Source of the DNA: Isurus oxyrinchus
Taxonomy: Eukaryota
Reading direction: 5' to 3'
NCBI GenBank assembly: GCA_026770705.1
Contig: JANJGN010000001.1
Coordinates: 137,020,001-137,084,000, forward strand
Length of the DNA: 64,000 bases
The notes beneath the pieces were generated by a model. The model was not told the origin of the DNA. It ran no database searches and worked only from the letters and a program-made list of their open reading frames with translations. Position numbers and translations under genes: made by a program. Below, piece by piece: positions 11,655 to 25,440 of this stretch. Positions within the stretch are counted from its first letter, which is position 1; each line of letters opens with the position of its first letter.

Positions 11655-11765
11655 TGCTCTAAAGAAGGGTCATATTGACTTGAAACGTTAACTCTATTTC
11701 TCGCTCCACAGATGCTGCTCGACCTGAGTTTTTGCAGCATTTTCTGTTTTTGTTTCAGATACTCC
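11655..11765 (+). mobile_element. Old Penelope terminal remnant with decayed hammerhead-like motif
   Basis: CTAAAGA-A-GGGTC-ATATT-GACTT-GAAA-CGTT-AACT, then gatgctgctcgacctgagtttttgcagc. Confidence 0.65.
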
Positions 11766-14700
11766 CTTTGTTCAAATTCCAATCTTTCATGTGAACCTAC
11801 ATACAGATAGTGAGTGTTAGTGGGCTGTACTGCTGATCTGCTTCTCAGCCCACAAGTCAACCTTACCCAACCCAGGGTCTGATTATAGAATCATAGTGGT
11901 TATGGCACAAGAGGAAACTATTCAGCCCAACGCTGCTAGACCTTTGAAGGAGCAACTCATCTAGTCCCACTCCCCTGCCTTTTCCTCTTAACCCAATTTC
12001 TTTTTGAATGCCTTGATTGAACTTGCCTCCACCACACTCTCTGGCAGTGCATTCCAGGTCCTAACCACTCGCTAGGTGAAAACTTGTTTCTTCATAAAAC
12101 CATAGAAAAGTTATGGCACAGAAAGAGGCCGTTCAGCCCATTGTGTCTGTGCCAGACCTGCTGCGTTTTTCCAGGTAATTCTGTTTTTATACCTAACACT
12201 GATGTTTGGGGGAACCCCACTATAAACCTTCCTGCAATCCAAAAAAAACTGTTCACCACTATTCTGTTTCCTGTCACTTGGCCAATTTCGTTTCCATGTT
12301 GCTACTGTGCTTCTATTCCATGAGTTCTAACTTTGCTCACAAGTCAGTTGTGTGGCACTGTACCAAACTTTTTGGAAACCTAAGTTCATCCCATCAGCAT
12401 TATTCTCATCTACCCTCTCTGATACCTCGTCAAAAAACTCAAACCAGTTAAACATGATTTATCCATAACAAATCCCATGCTGGGTTTCCTTAATTTGCAT
12501 TTATCCAAGTGACTATTAATTTGGCCCTCAATTACCTAAAAGCTTCCCTACCCCCAAGGTTAAACTGACTGGCCTATAGTTGCTGGGCTTATTGTTACAC
12601 CTATTTTTGAGTAAGGGTGTAACCTTTGCAATTCACCAGTCCTCTGGCACTTGCCCTGATTCTAATAAAGCTTGGAAAATTGTGGTCTGTGCCTCCACTC
12701 TCTCTTCCCTCAGATGGATTTCATCTGGTCCTGGTTTCTTATTAACTTGAAGTACAGACAGCCTAACCGATACTTCCTTGCCAATTTTAAACCCTTCAAG
12801 TGTCTAAACAACTACCTCTTTGACTATGATCTGAGGAGGAACTTCTTCCTCAGTAAAGAGAGATGGAAATTATTCATTTAATAATCTCAGCCTGGCCCCA
12901 AGTATAAATCAATTTTTTAGCCCCTACACCCCACTACTCCTTTTAACCACTCCTCTACTATTTATATGTACCCTTTTCACTACCCTAGCTAGCTCAGCCA
13001 CATCAGCATTTGAACTTGGGATTTTCCTATTTTCTATCACTCAGTTCCACACTAGGCATTGAAATTCCCAATTGAGTCATTGGTCTGCCTCGTAATGTGA
13101 GTGTTTTGTTGAAGTACTTGATTGGAATTAAAACTAGTTATATAAATTTGTTCAGCAAAATTTTGACTTTTAAACCAAATTGTAATCAAGAGTAGTACAT
13201 TAAAATTCTTCCCTTTATACTTTAGATTTTAGTATATGCACTACTTGTGCAAGAATGCTTCCCCACCCATCCACATCTTTGAACAAGAACCCAGTTTTGG
13301 ACCTGAGGGATTTTAAAACGTGGCCAAAGGTGTAACTTGCATAGCATTTTCCCTATTGAATTTGCTTTTTGTATAATTGGTCCAACCTGTTGATTAACAC
13401 AGTACATAAATGTGATCTTAAGTATAAATACGTATTAGTACTTTTCAAAATTAAATTGAATGTTGATGTGTTGCATCAAGTAGGTTTTAATCTAGAATCA
13501 AAATTCACTGTTTGCAGTGTTAACTGTGAAGATTTCCACAAGCATGCACAATAACATTGTTAAACTTAGAAAATCAAGAAGTAGTTGAAAATCTTATTGT
13601 GAATTGGTTTTTAAAAGCTGTGCTGCAGGTTTATGGGATAAAATTCCCCAGTACGTTAAAAGTTCCAAGCAAAGAATCTGGAAATGTGATCATTGTGCCT
13701 GGTCTCTTATTAAAGGAAGAGTTTTTCATGGTTATATTACCTTTTTATGTTTCAGAATGTCCCAAGGAACTTTGTTTACAATGAATTACTTTAACTGCAA
13801 TCACTCTTTGTTATGTAGCAGAATTTCATAAACAGAAGCAAGACTAATGACCAGTTAATCCATTTTATGTGGTGACCGTTGAGGAAAGAATGTTGGCCAA
13901 CACACTGGGAAAGCCTGAATGGACAGGCTGGGCCTCAGTTTAACTTCGAAATCCAAAGGGCGGCACTTCCTCTGTTACAGGAGATAATGTGTATTCTGAG
14001 CAGTCAAAGAGAATGCCCCATGTGTGGATTTGTTAGTAGCCTGGTTTAGGAACACTTCTGCACAGCAACAGGGTTCTGTACATGTCAGGTGCCTGGATGT
14101 TGAATTAGAGATTTTGGTGTTTGGATTAAAAGTTATAGCTTTGAGCTCCCATAATCTGATTACATAATGTAGGCTGCTCCAGTGTAGAGAAGAAAGATTG
14201 CTCCATTGTTGAACAAGACCTTGAAGTAGGTACCCACCTGCTTATTCATTGAATTTAGACGGTTAAAGGGTGATTTGATATTAAGGGGAGCAGCTAGAGT
14301 AGAGAGAGAGAGAGAGAAACTGTTTCTGTTATTGGGGTGTCTAGGACTAGGGGTATAGTCTAAGGACAAATGATGGTGAAACAGAAAGAAGAGCTAGGAA
14401 ACACCTACATCTACTTGGAGCAATGATTTGTTTTACTATCATATACAGAAATGAAAGTACAAACCTCCAAAGCATAATTAAATGTGCCAAGTAGAGGTGA
14501 ATGTGAGAAACCCATTAGTAATTTGCACTTCATGTATGCTCACATTGGTCATGTACAACAGTGCCATCTGTGTTCAGAAATCTTTCAAAATTCTAGCTGC
14601 CATTTGTTTCAAAGATTAATGTTCTACATAACAGCATAAGAATTATTCTGATTAACTATCAAAGAGACATATACACGGTTATCCAGGCTGACTCTGAGAT

Positions 14701-16883
14701 GACTTGGCAAGTATTCTGTTGTTCCACAATCTGTTCTTCCAACTCAAGACTCTAATGTTACTTGACCTATGGCAGCAGATGCTGGTTTTGAAACCTGGTT
14801 TACAAGTTGATTCCAGCCTTTAGTTCTTGAATGTGTTGGTCTTTGCTTGATGAACAATGGGGCACTATTGTAACGTTTGTGTAGGTAGCACTTTTGTTAA
14901 AGATGTAGAGATATATTCACCATGATCTGACATCAGTTTATCTATATATGACAAATCATGATGTAATATGGCATTCTGATTCAGCATTGTAAGGATTATT
15001 TTCACTAGTGGTGCCTTCTGCAGAAAGTGAGAAAAACTACACTTGTTCCATTAATTTTTGAGCCAGAAAATCTTACATTCTACCCAAGGAATTATCCTTA
15101 CAGCTGAACGTTTCAGATATTAGTGCAACAGTGATTTCTGCTGATTTGTTTTCTGGTGTTTACAGTGAGAATAATTCAAACTTTCACTTAATGTGAATTT
15201 CAAGCTTTTGCAATATATTTTCATGAGAGCTGGATGCCTAACTTCTGGAGAAAAGCTTCAGATGCTGAGAGTTATAAAAATGCAATGCAACAGAAAGAAT
15301 AACATGGAAAGTGAGGGCCATGAAATGTAGGAAAAAGCATAACTGTGTTCAAAAGGTCAGGCTTAAGGCTGGGACAGTCATCTACTGGCCTGACTGCATT
15401 TATATGGTAAATGTTGAGACAAGTATTGCAGACAGTTGAATTTTTTGAATGATAATTTATTAAAATTTGAACTAAAACCTCTAACAATCATTGTTAAACT
15501 GTTAGGTCGTCAACATGTATTAGAAATGCATTTGGTTCCACAGGAAAGAGTTTATTCTGTCTAGCTGGTGGGATTGAGATCTCTTAATGTAAACTTGTGC
15601 TTAAAATTTGTGACGTTGCTTTGTTGCTAAGTCCCTGTCACAGCTGTGTAACTGTACACTTAGATTGGATCTTCATTTTCCCCCTAAATAAAACATGGAA
15701 CTCTCCCAAAAAGTATCTTCAGTTTGTAACAATGAACTCATTTAAATTTTTATAAAAATCCTCTTCGAAAAGCAGTGATTGAGGTGGTTGGCGCATGTCC
15801 TGATCCCTTTCTCAGGCCATTTGGTTGGGTTACAAGAGTGGGTCAGGGCTCTTTGTCAGTTTTATTCCCCTCGTTTTATTATACGGAAGTATGTGGCCTG
15901 TGCTCCAAGTGCCCTGCAATCTCCTTCTTGCCTACCCACAAGGTGATAAAAATCCAAATTAGGAATTTGGCTCATACAAATTACAGATGCAATTTAATAG
16001 GAGTATCAGAACTGCAAAGCTTAATAGTTTTCGTTTTAAACATCTAGCCGTGAATTTCTGTGCCCTGCTGCAATAATCCTAATACTGCTGTATCACATTG
16101 TGGAATTTTATAAGGGCTTACGCTAATTCAATAAAGTTCCAATTCATTTTTTGGAATATCTTATGAACAACTTGCTTGCACATACATCTATAAATATGCG
16201 TATATATATGTGACAAAGATTATTTTGGCTAACATCGCTGCATTTATGCAGAACTGGTGATTTTTCATTCTGAGGCCTTTTCTGCCAATCCGACCATAGG
16301 GGCAGGTTGGGAGATGTGGTCTTCGTATCGTTGTCGTCTGTTTGTAGTGCAATGTAAACTGCAGCTGATGGAACATTGATAGCTATGTGACGCCTTTGAA
16401 TGGTCTTGCAATTCTCAAAACAAGAGCAAGTTTGATACCATTATGTCATGCATTATTTATTTAGTGTATGAGTAGTCACAGAGCCAATCAATAGCCTTGT
16501 CAGTGGTTAGATGGAGTTCTTTAAGCCCACCTTCAAACTTAGTCAGCAAACCCTCCTCGACAATGTGATTATTGTTTGGACTGCACCACAGCTGCAGCCT
16601 GGATGGTCTTGGTGACCTCACTGATGTTGGGTGGCTACACAGAGGCCCTGGCCAGTGTGGAAACAGTTTAAAAGGCTCAACGCATCATGCATTGATTGGT
16701 TTGGTGCGAAACTTGCTTCTGTAATGATATATGTCAATTAATGGTAGTTATAGAATTATTTTAAATCTCATGAAATTTGATTTGTAAACTCTATTGGTCT
16801 ATGTAGCCTATAAATGTTTGATTTTTACTGTTTGATGTTGTTTCAAAAGTCCATGTCATTACCCTCTTTTATTCTTTCTTAAG

Positions 16884-16997
16884 CTTTATGGGGGACACGT
16901 CTGACTGTGGATCAAGCTATTAGTAGAGAAAGATACCTGAAGAACATGCTGCGAGAGTTGGTGACATACATCATTTTCATGGTGATTCTGTGTATCT
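16884..16997 (+). CDS. PKD2: Polycystin-2 exon 2 (not in ORF track)
   Basis: ttaag/ LWGTRLTVDQAISRERYLKNMLRELVTYIIFMVILCI /gtaagt; 114 nt. Confidence 0.95.
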
Positions 16998-17689
16998 GTA
17001 AGTGCGATCTCCAGCTTCTTAACTAGACAAAGGGAATAGTGGTGTTTATTTTATAACAGGTGCTGTTCTACACAATTTATTAAGATGCAAGTATAATCGG
17101 TAAACCATGTAAGTTGGACCTGCTTTAAAGAGGAGAATGCTCATTGTATTGCATTAATGTGTAATAGATGGGATGATTAATATTTCAAATACAGTATAGT
17201 CTTTATCACAATTAGACAGAAGACTGATAGGCTCCTCATACAAGTGACCAAATCACACTGTGTGCAATAACATCACTCCAAGAGTCAGATGTGTTAACTG
17301 CTGTAACAAAACATACAGAACTGGATAGTACATTCTTGACTTTGGCCATCTACTTGATTCTCTCAAATCTGGTATGAAGCTTTGCTCTATCAGTGTCGCC
17401 TGCTCGTTATTTGGCCAAGTTGGATATGGATTGGAACTATTAGTAAGTTTGTGAATGAAGCAGCAACAATATCGAGCAGCCATTTTAAAATCTTTTTACT
17501 ATTCAACGGTAATTGTGATTCTTGAGCATGTTCCTCACTTTGCAGAATGCAGTTGTGCTGTTGAAGACAGATGGTAGTTGGTGTATTTGTGAAAAGACTA
17601 GTTCTACTAACATTAGCAATGGGGAATCCAATAGAGTTCATATCAGCTGAGATAATTCATCTCAGGCTATGTAAACAGCTCATCAGGTC

Positions 17690-18910
17690 TTTGCTAGCTC
17701 TCAAAGAGCTATCCAATCAGCCCCACTCCCCTGCTTTTTCCCCATAGCCTTGTATTTTTTTGCTTTTAACACTGACATCCAAATTCCTTTTGAAAGTTTT
17801 TCTATTGGATCTGCTTCCATCACCCTTTAAGGCAGTGCATTCAAGATCGCAATAACTAGGTGTGTTTTTGAAGAGGAAAAAAATCTTACTTCCTTTCTGG
17901 CTTTTTTGTTAGCTATTTTAAATCTGACACCTATGATTACTAACCTACTGCCCACGAAAAGTTTGTACCATCGACTCTATCCAAACCCGCATAATTTTGA
18001 ACACCTTTATTTGATCTCTCCTTGATTTTTCCCTGCTCTAAAGAGAGCGATCTTAGCTTCTCCAGTCTCTCCAAATCAACTGAAGTCCCTCATCCTTAGC
18101 ATTCGATAGCTTTTCTCTGTACCGTCTCCAAGGCCACGACCTTATTAATAAAGTGTAGTGCCCAGAATTGGACACAGTTCTCTGGCTGAGGCCTAACTGC
18201 TGACTTTGTAAAAGTTTAGCATACTTTCCTTGCTTTTGTATTCCATTCCTCTATTTATAAAGCCCAGGGTCCCATATGCTTTTTTAATAGACTTCTTAAC
18301 ATGCACTGCCACTCTAAACAATTTGTGTATTTTCACCCCAGGCGTCTGTGCCTTTGCATCCCTTTAAAAGTGTACAGTTTAGTTTATACTGCCTGTTCTG
18401 GGCACCACATTATAGGAAGGATGTGAACACATGGACAGAGTGCAGAAGAGGTTTACAAGAATGGTTCCAGAGATGAGAAGCTTCAGCTATGGGGATAGGT
18501 TGGACTGTTCTCCTTGGAGAGAAGATGCTAAGAGGAGATTTGATAGAGATGTTCAAAATCATGAGGGAGCTGGACAGAGTAGAGAGGGAGAAGCTGTTCC
18601 TGCTCATAAAAGGATCAAGAACGAGAGGGCACAGGTTTAAAACGATTTGCAAAAGAAGCAAATGTGACGTGAGAAAAAACTTTCACACGAGTGGTTTGGA
18701 TCTGGAATGCACTGCTTGGAAGTGTGGTGGAGGCACGTTCAATCGAGGCATTCAAGAGGGCATTAGATGATTGTTTCCATTCAGATAATGTGCAGGGGTA
18801 TGGGGAAAAGGCGGGCCAATGGCACTAGGTCATAATGCTTATTTGGCGAGCTGGTGCAGACATAATGACCTGCGTGGTCTCCTTCTGTGCCATTAAAATT
18901 CTGTGATTCC
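17690..18910. mobile_element. Two CR1 LINE 3' fragments back-to-back (- 17690-18393; + 18394-18910)
   Basis: CR1 ORF2 C-terminal peptides (RVQKRFTRMVP, LRGDLIEMFKIM, RTRGHRFK) on +; reverse-complement CR1 sequence on the left. Confidence 0.75.
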
Positions 18911-20299
18911 TCAATCTTCAGACCAGAATGAATTACTTCACAGTTCTCTAAATTTCATCTGCCTTGTGTCTGCTCATTTCACCAGTCATCCTGAGGTCTT
19001 ACTCATTCTTTACCAGTTTTTTTTTGGATGTTGATTTCGTTGTTTTTGGATTGTCGAAATCTTTTACTGGGGATGAAACTGATGGCTGGCTGTAAATTTT
19101 GGTTATATTTCCTGTGGCATTACTCACATTAACTCTGAGGTTTTTGTAAGAAACAGGGGCTGTTATGCCAGTTAACATGAGCAGGGAAACTGACATAACT
19201 GGGGGGAGGCCTTTGGGCCAGTGCAAGCACTTGAAAGGGCCCCTGAGTCAGTCGATACTAGGCTTGAGGCCTTGGAATCAGGAGCATAGAAAATGGTAAA
19301 TGTATCTTTGTGCTCTGCTGGTGAATTTGTTGAGTTTATGTTTACTAAAGATTGTATAAATTTCCATAAATTACATGGTGAAACACACAAGGTCATTGTA
19401 TGTGCAGTTTTCTAAGTTTATATATAAAATTTCCTCAAGCCTGAAAGAGTTCAGGGGAGATTTTTAACTTGACATAAAACCAATATCGAGGTGAATGACC
19501 AAAAAATAATTCTGTCAACAATCTCTATCTTTCTTCCTATTACTAAAGAAGCCAATGTGACTGCTGTCTGTCTGAACAGTTTATAATAGAAAATAATATT
19601 TAGCACTAACTGTAATTCCTCGCTTGAAATAACATTTTGGAATTCAATCCCAAGTTTGTTTTTTTTTTGGAAAGAGCTAAAAAATTCTTGAATTCTCACA
19701 GGGTGCTCATAATTCCTGTTGATACAGACTGCATGCTGCAAACTGCACATGCTCTTACAATGGCCAAATATGTCTGAAAGCGCTCTTAACTGTCAAGGTA
19801 AAAATAGCTATTTGTCATCTAGGCTTTTGAGATAGGCTTGAAGTTAAAAAAAATAGAAATTAAAGACCATTGAATGGGTAAATTGAATTCTTATATCTAA
19901 TTCTTTGCATTTTTAATTTTATTTTAAATTTTGTTTGGAATTATAAATTTCAGTTGTTGAGGGAATAAATGCTGAATGAAAATCTTGTGAAAAACATTGA
20001 GTGGTTTAATTGCTTTATCCACAAACCAGAATAATGAAAGTTACAATAGTCGTTGATAGCACAGAGCAAGTATTGCTGAAAAAAGAGACATGCTGTTTGG
20101 CTTGCACTCATCAGGACAGATGCAAAGGGAGCAACAGTGTATACTGCATGAGAAGATGGAGCTGATTGGTTGGCAAGTTGACCCTGGTTGCGGGCATGCT
20201 GTGGAGAACACACCAGTGAATTATTGTCCCCCAAGCTTTTGCTTAATGTTTAAAAAAAAAAGGCGCAGTGCAAGATACTAAGGGCAGAAGGGATTTGGG

Positions 20300-21920
20300 C
20301 TTCCAGGAAGAAGGAGGGGTGAATATTAATGATCTAGATCTTGGTGTGCTGGGGACAATTTCAAAGTTTGCGGATGTTACGAAGCTTGGGAGTGTTGTAA
20401 ACTGAGGAGGACGGTGTAGAACTTCAAAAGGACATAGACAAGTTGGTGGAGTGGGAAGATAGGTGGCAGATGAAGTTCAATGCGGAGAAGTGCAAAGTGT
20501 TGCATTTTGGTAGGAAGAACATAAACGATATAAAATAAGGGGTAAAATTTTGAAGGGGGTGCAGGAGCATAAAGACCTGGGTGTTTATGTGCACAGATCG
20601 TTGAAAGTGACAGGACCATTGGAGAGAGCAGTTAATACAGCATATAGTATCCTGAGCTTCATTAATAGGGGCATACAATCCAAGAGCAAGGAGGTTATGC
20701 TAAATTTATATAAGACATTCATTAGACCTCAGCTGGAATATTGTGTACAGTTCTGGGCGCCACATTATAGGAAGGATGTGAACACATTGGAGCGAGTGAA
20801 GAAGAAGTTTACAAGATGTCTACTGCATTCGTTGCTCCCAATGCGGTTTCCTCTACATTGGAGAGACCAAACGCAGACTGGGTGACCGCTTTGCAGAACA
20901 CCTTCGGTCTGTCCGCAAGCATGACCCAGAGCTCCCTGTCGCTTGCCATTTCAACACTCCACCCTGCTCTCATGCCCACGTGTCCGACTTGGCCTGCTGC
21001 ATTGTTCCAGTGAAGCTCAATGCAAACTGGAGGAACAGCACCTGATCTTCTGACTAGGCACTTTATAGCCTTCCGGACTGAATATTCATTCAACAATTTT
21101 AGATCATGAACTACCTCCTCCATCCCCACCCTTTTTTTTCCAATAATTTATATATATTTTTCTTTTCCTATCTATTTCCATTATTTTTAAATGTATTTCC
21201 ATCCATTGTTTTATCTCTACCTTTTAGCCTATTTCGATCCCTTCCCTTCACCTCATCCCACCCCCACTAGGGCTATCTGTACCTTGCTTGTCCTGCTTTC
21301 TACCCTTAATTAGCACATTCCTTAGATAATCTTTTCTACTTTTACTTAGTTCTGTTGAAAAGTCATGAGGACTCGAAACGTTAATTGTGTTCCTCTCCGC
21401 AGATGCTGCCAGACCTGCTGAGTTTTTCCAGGTACTTTTATTTTTGTTGGAGGTTTACAAGAATGGTTCTAGGGATGAGAAACATCAATGAGGTTGATTG
21501 GAGAGGTTGAGACTGTTCTCCTTGGAGAGAAGGCAGCTGAGAGGAGATTTGATAGAGATGTTCAAAATCATGAGGGGGCTGGACAGAGTAGATAAGGAGA
21601 AGCTGTTCCCACTCGTACAATGATCAAGAACAAGAGGGCACAGATTTAAAATGATATACAAAAGAAGCAATTGTGACGTGAGGAAAAACTTTTTCACACT
21701 ACGAGTGGTTCGGGTCTGGAATGCGCTGCCTGAAAGTGTGGAGGAGACAGGTTCAATCGAGGCATTCAAAAGGGCATTAGATGATTATTTGAATAGAAAT
21801 AATGTGCAGGGGTACGGGGAAAGGGCAATGGCATTAGGTCATAATGCCCATCGGGAGAGCTGGTGTAGCCATGATGGGTGGAATGGCCTCCTGTGCCATT
21901 AAAATTCTGTGAATCTGTGA
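20300..21920 (+). mobile_element. CR1 LINE 3' fragment interrupted by a Penelope insertion
   Basis: KDLGVYVH...LYKTFIRPQLEYCVQFWAPHYRKD up to 20816; resumes at ~21450 and ends in a CR1 tail (attctgtg). Confidence 0.85.
20817..21448 (+). mobile_element. 5'-truncated Penelope-like element (GIY-YIG C-terminus, tail and hammerhead motif)
   Basis: Homologous to 25980-26309 (YCIRCSQCGFLYIGETKRRLGDRFAEH). Near-perfect TSD GA(A/G)GTTTACAAGA at 20804-20816 and 21450-21462. Confidence 0.85.
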
Positions 21921-22432
21921 AAATTGGTGGCAAAAGAGGCAGGGAAAAGGAGTGTTTTTACAGAGCTCTCTTCTACATGTGACTCACGTGGCTAATCTGG
22001 ATTCAAAGTGAAACTAATTATTTTTGAAGCTGTGTTCAAGTCATTGTCAGGGATTCAGTCATCCACAACGGATTAATAATTAACATATTGTGCATCTTTT
22101 GCCCTATCCACAGTGCTCCATGATAACCAAACATTGTGGTAGAAATTGAGGTATACAAAGTAGAAACAAGAAGCCATCTCGTACAAGCACCCTGGCAGAA
22201 TCTGCATTTAGGAGGGTGCAGAAAAGGTTCATGAGAATAGTTCCAGGGATGAGTAACTTAAGTTAAATAGATTGGCCATTCCTTCATTGTCGCTGGTTCA
22301 AAATCCTGGAACTCCCTCCCTAACAGCACTGCGGGTATACCTACACCACATGGACTACAGCGCTTCAAGGTAGCTCACCACCACCTTGCCAAGGGCAACT
22401 AGAGATGGGCAATACATGCTGGTCTAGCCTGT

Positions 22433-23322
22433 AATAAAAACAAAAAAACTGCGGATGCTGGAAATCCAAAACAAAAACAGAATTACCTGGAAAAACTCAG
22501 CAGGTCTGGCAGCATCGGCGGAGAAGAAAAGAGTTGACATTTCGAGTCCTCATGATCCTTCAGCAGAACTAGGTGAATGCAAGGAGAGGGNNNNNNNNNN
22601 NNNNNNNNNNNNNNNNNNNNNNNNNNNNNNNNNNNNNNNNNNNNNNNNNNNNNNNNNNNNNNNNNNNNNNNNNNNNNNNNNNNNNNNNNNNNNNNNNNNN
22701 NNNNNNNNNNNNNNNNNNNNNNNNNNNNNNNNNNNNNNNNNNNNNNNNNNNNNNNNNNNNNNNNNNNNNNNNNNNNNNNNNNNNNNNNNNNNNNNNNNNN
22801 NNNNNNNNNNNNNNNNNNNNNNNNNNNNNNNNNNNNNNNNNNNNNNNNNNNNNNNNNNNNNNNNNNNNNNNNNNNNNNNNNNNNNNNNNNNNNNNNNNNN
22901 NNNNNNCTGCCACTGCTCTTCAAGAAATGCCTACCTTGAAGTTCTGTTCGTCTCTGCGACAAGATTTCCGTATCTATACCTTGAGTGCACTACCATCCGT
23001 TCTTAATTAGCACATTCGTTTAGATAATATCACCAACTTCAACACCTCTGTGTTCTTTTGTTCTTTTGTCTGTGACATCTTTTGATGATCTGCTCCTATC
23101 ACTGCTTGCTTGTCCCTACAACCACACCACCCCCCTCCACTTCTCCTCTCCACCCCCACCCCCCGCACACACCTTAACACCTTAAACCAGCTTATATTTC
23201 ACCCCTCTCCTTGGATTCATCTATTCTGTTGAAGGGTCAAGAGGACTCGAAACGTCAACTCTTTTCTTCTCCGCCGATGCTGCCAGACCTGCTGAGTTTT
23301 TCCAGGTAATTCTGTTTTTGTT
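22433..23322. mobile_element. Young Penelope-like element with inverted termini, spanning an assembly gap
   Basis: The left ~150 bp is the reverse complement of the right end. Perfect 14-bp TSD CTGGTCTAGCCTGT at 22419-22432 and 23323-23336. Inserted into a LINE/SINE 3' tail. Confidence 0.85.
22591..22906. other. Assembly gap (316 N)
   Basis: Run of n. Confidence 1.
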
Positions 23323-23374
23323 CTGGTCTAGCCTGTGATGCCCACACACCCTAAATGAATATAAAAATTGGCGA

Positions 23375-23790
23375 ATTTGGGATTATTTTCCTTGGAGAAG
23401 AGAAGGGTGAGAGCAGGTTTGATAGAGGTGTTCAAAATCATGACTGGCCTAGACAGAGTAAATAGGGAGAACCTGTTCCCATTGGTGGAAATATTGAAAA
23501 CAGAAGGCACAGGTTTAAGGCATTTGGCAAAAGTAATGGTGACATGAGGAAAAACCTTTTCATGCCATGAGTGGTTAGGATTTGGAGCGCACTCCCAGAA
23601 TGTAGTGAAGGCAGCTTCAATCGAGGCATTCAAGAGGGTATTGCATTATTATCTGAAAATGAAGAGTGTGCAGTGTTACAGGGTGAAGGTGGAGAAATGG
23701 CACTAAGTGAATTGTTTCTTCAGAGAGCTAGCACAGACATGACAGGCTGAATGGCCATCTCCTATCTTGCAACCATTCTGTGATTTTGTG
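23375..23790 (+). mobile_element. CR1 LINE 3' fragment
   Basis: ttgatagaggtgttcaaaatcatg...gaatggcc...attctgtgatt tail. Confidence 0.75.
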
Positions 23791-24470
23791 TCTGGCTTGG
23801 GATAGTTGGTTGAAGTGACACTGGAGTTTGGTGACAGCTGTACAATATTACAGCACCACATCACGCAGACACAAGGCTGAATTTTGGTCTTGTTGACAGG
23901 ACAGATGAGACATAGTATGGAAGTCACAAACTCATTATGTTAAGGAAAATATCAGAAAGAGAGGGTTTGAAACTCTGGCTTTTGATTAGATGTTTATATT
24001 TCTACTCAGCAGCAAATCCATTTTGAGTGCCTTTAATTTATACGGTGATCCCCTTTCTTCTGCATGCTGAAAGAATGATTGATAGAGGAAATTGAGGAGC
24101 TGCCCCCTTGCACCCCCCCCCCCCCCCCCCCCCCCCGTTCTAGCTGGGACTTGTGGTGTAACTGTAGGCAGCTTTTAAATTAGGCCAGGGCCTCTGTAAA
24201 ACTCCAACCTGGAGTCCAATCAATGAGATCAGCCATGATCTTGATTGGCAGAGCTGGCTTGAGGGAGTACAAGGTTTACACCGCATTTATTATGTCCTGA
24301 TGTTGAGCCTCTAAAATACTACAGTTCAACAGACCTAGTCACTTAACCTTGCTTTCACCTGCAATGTCCGGAGGATCCCACACACTGGTTGACAATGTCT
24401 CATCTAGTTTAAAAACCCAGAATGAGCATTAAAACAAAGTTTCTATTCACTACTTTTATTTCTGTTACAG

Positions 24471-24604
24471 TGACCTATGGGATGGTCAGCTCCAACATGT
24501 ACTATTACACCAAAGTCATGGCCAATCTGTTCCTAGATACTCCTTTCTCTGAAAACGAGAAAACCAACTTCAGAAGCCTGTCCAACATGGATGATTTCTG
24601 GAAG
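24471..24604 (+). CDS. PKD2: Polycystin-2 exon 3
   Basis: [24 protein letters not shown]...MDDFWK; ag/gt borders. Confidence 0.95.
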
Positions 24605-25440
24605 GTACAGTTGCAGATTAAATACTTTAAAATTAATGAGTGAAAATGTAACCACAAAAGGGCAGTGGGCTATATAAATTAGTAATCCATATCCTCGTGT
24701 GTGTTTATTTATTTAGTACTTATCCTATGCCCTTAGTTGGATGCATCAAAATCTTCAGTTATTGCAAGAAGACTAGCAATAGACACGTTTCGAAGTGCAG
24801 TTGTCGATAACCAGGAGAGTTTTTGTTCTTGTAGGAAGTGGGTTTGGAGCAGGTTAGGGAATGTTTGAGGAGAAACATGTAGAGCAGAGTTAAAGAATTC
24901 AAATAGCAAAGCCTATGGCTATTTGGAGAATAATTTTTATGCAGTACGGGCTAAAGAATTGGGAGATGTAAAACTGAGACACTACAGTGCTGCCACTGCT
25001 GGGAGGGTATAGTTGCCTTGTGGCAAATATCAGTTACAAATGTAGACAACATGGAATTTATATTGGAAAATGTTGACACAAATGCTTGATAAATATGACA
25101 TTAGGAAGATTTGAGGGTGTATTAGGATGTATGGTTTTCATTTTAAATAGAAAGCTTTAATAGAGTCCACAACAGATTAGATTGTACAAGGTCTGTGGAA
25201 GGAGTAGACTCTTAAGCCAAATGGATCCCATCTCCAGTCTGTGGCTAAAGAAGCAGCTCTCAAATCTGTTCCTGGGTATATTATTCAAGGGGGAGAGGGA
25301 GAAGAACAAACCCAGTGAATATTGCCCAACCCAATGGGATAGAATGGATAAAAACCTTGTTTAAATTTGTGGGGGGGGAAGATAGTTCATTTAAAAAGAA
25401 ACACTCATACAGCTTGCAGAATGTTGTTTAGATGTTGGCA

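Noticed and set aside
22455-23010. ORFs spanning the N run
   Set aside because: Artefacts of the assembly gap.
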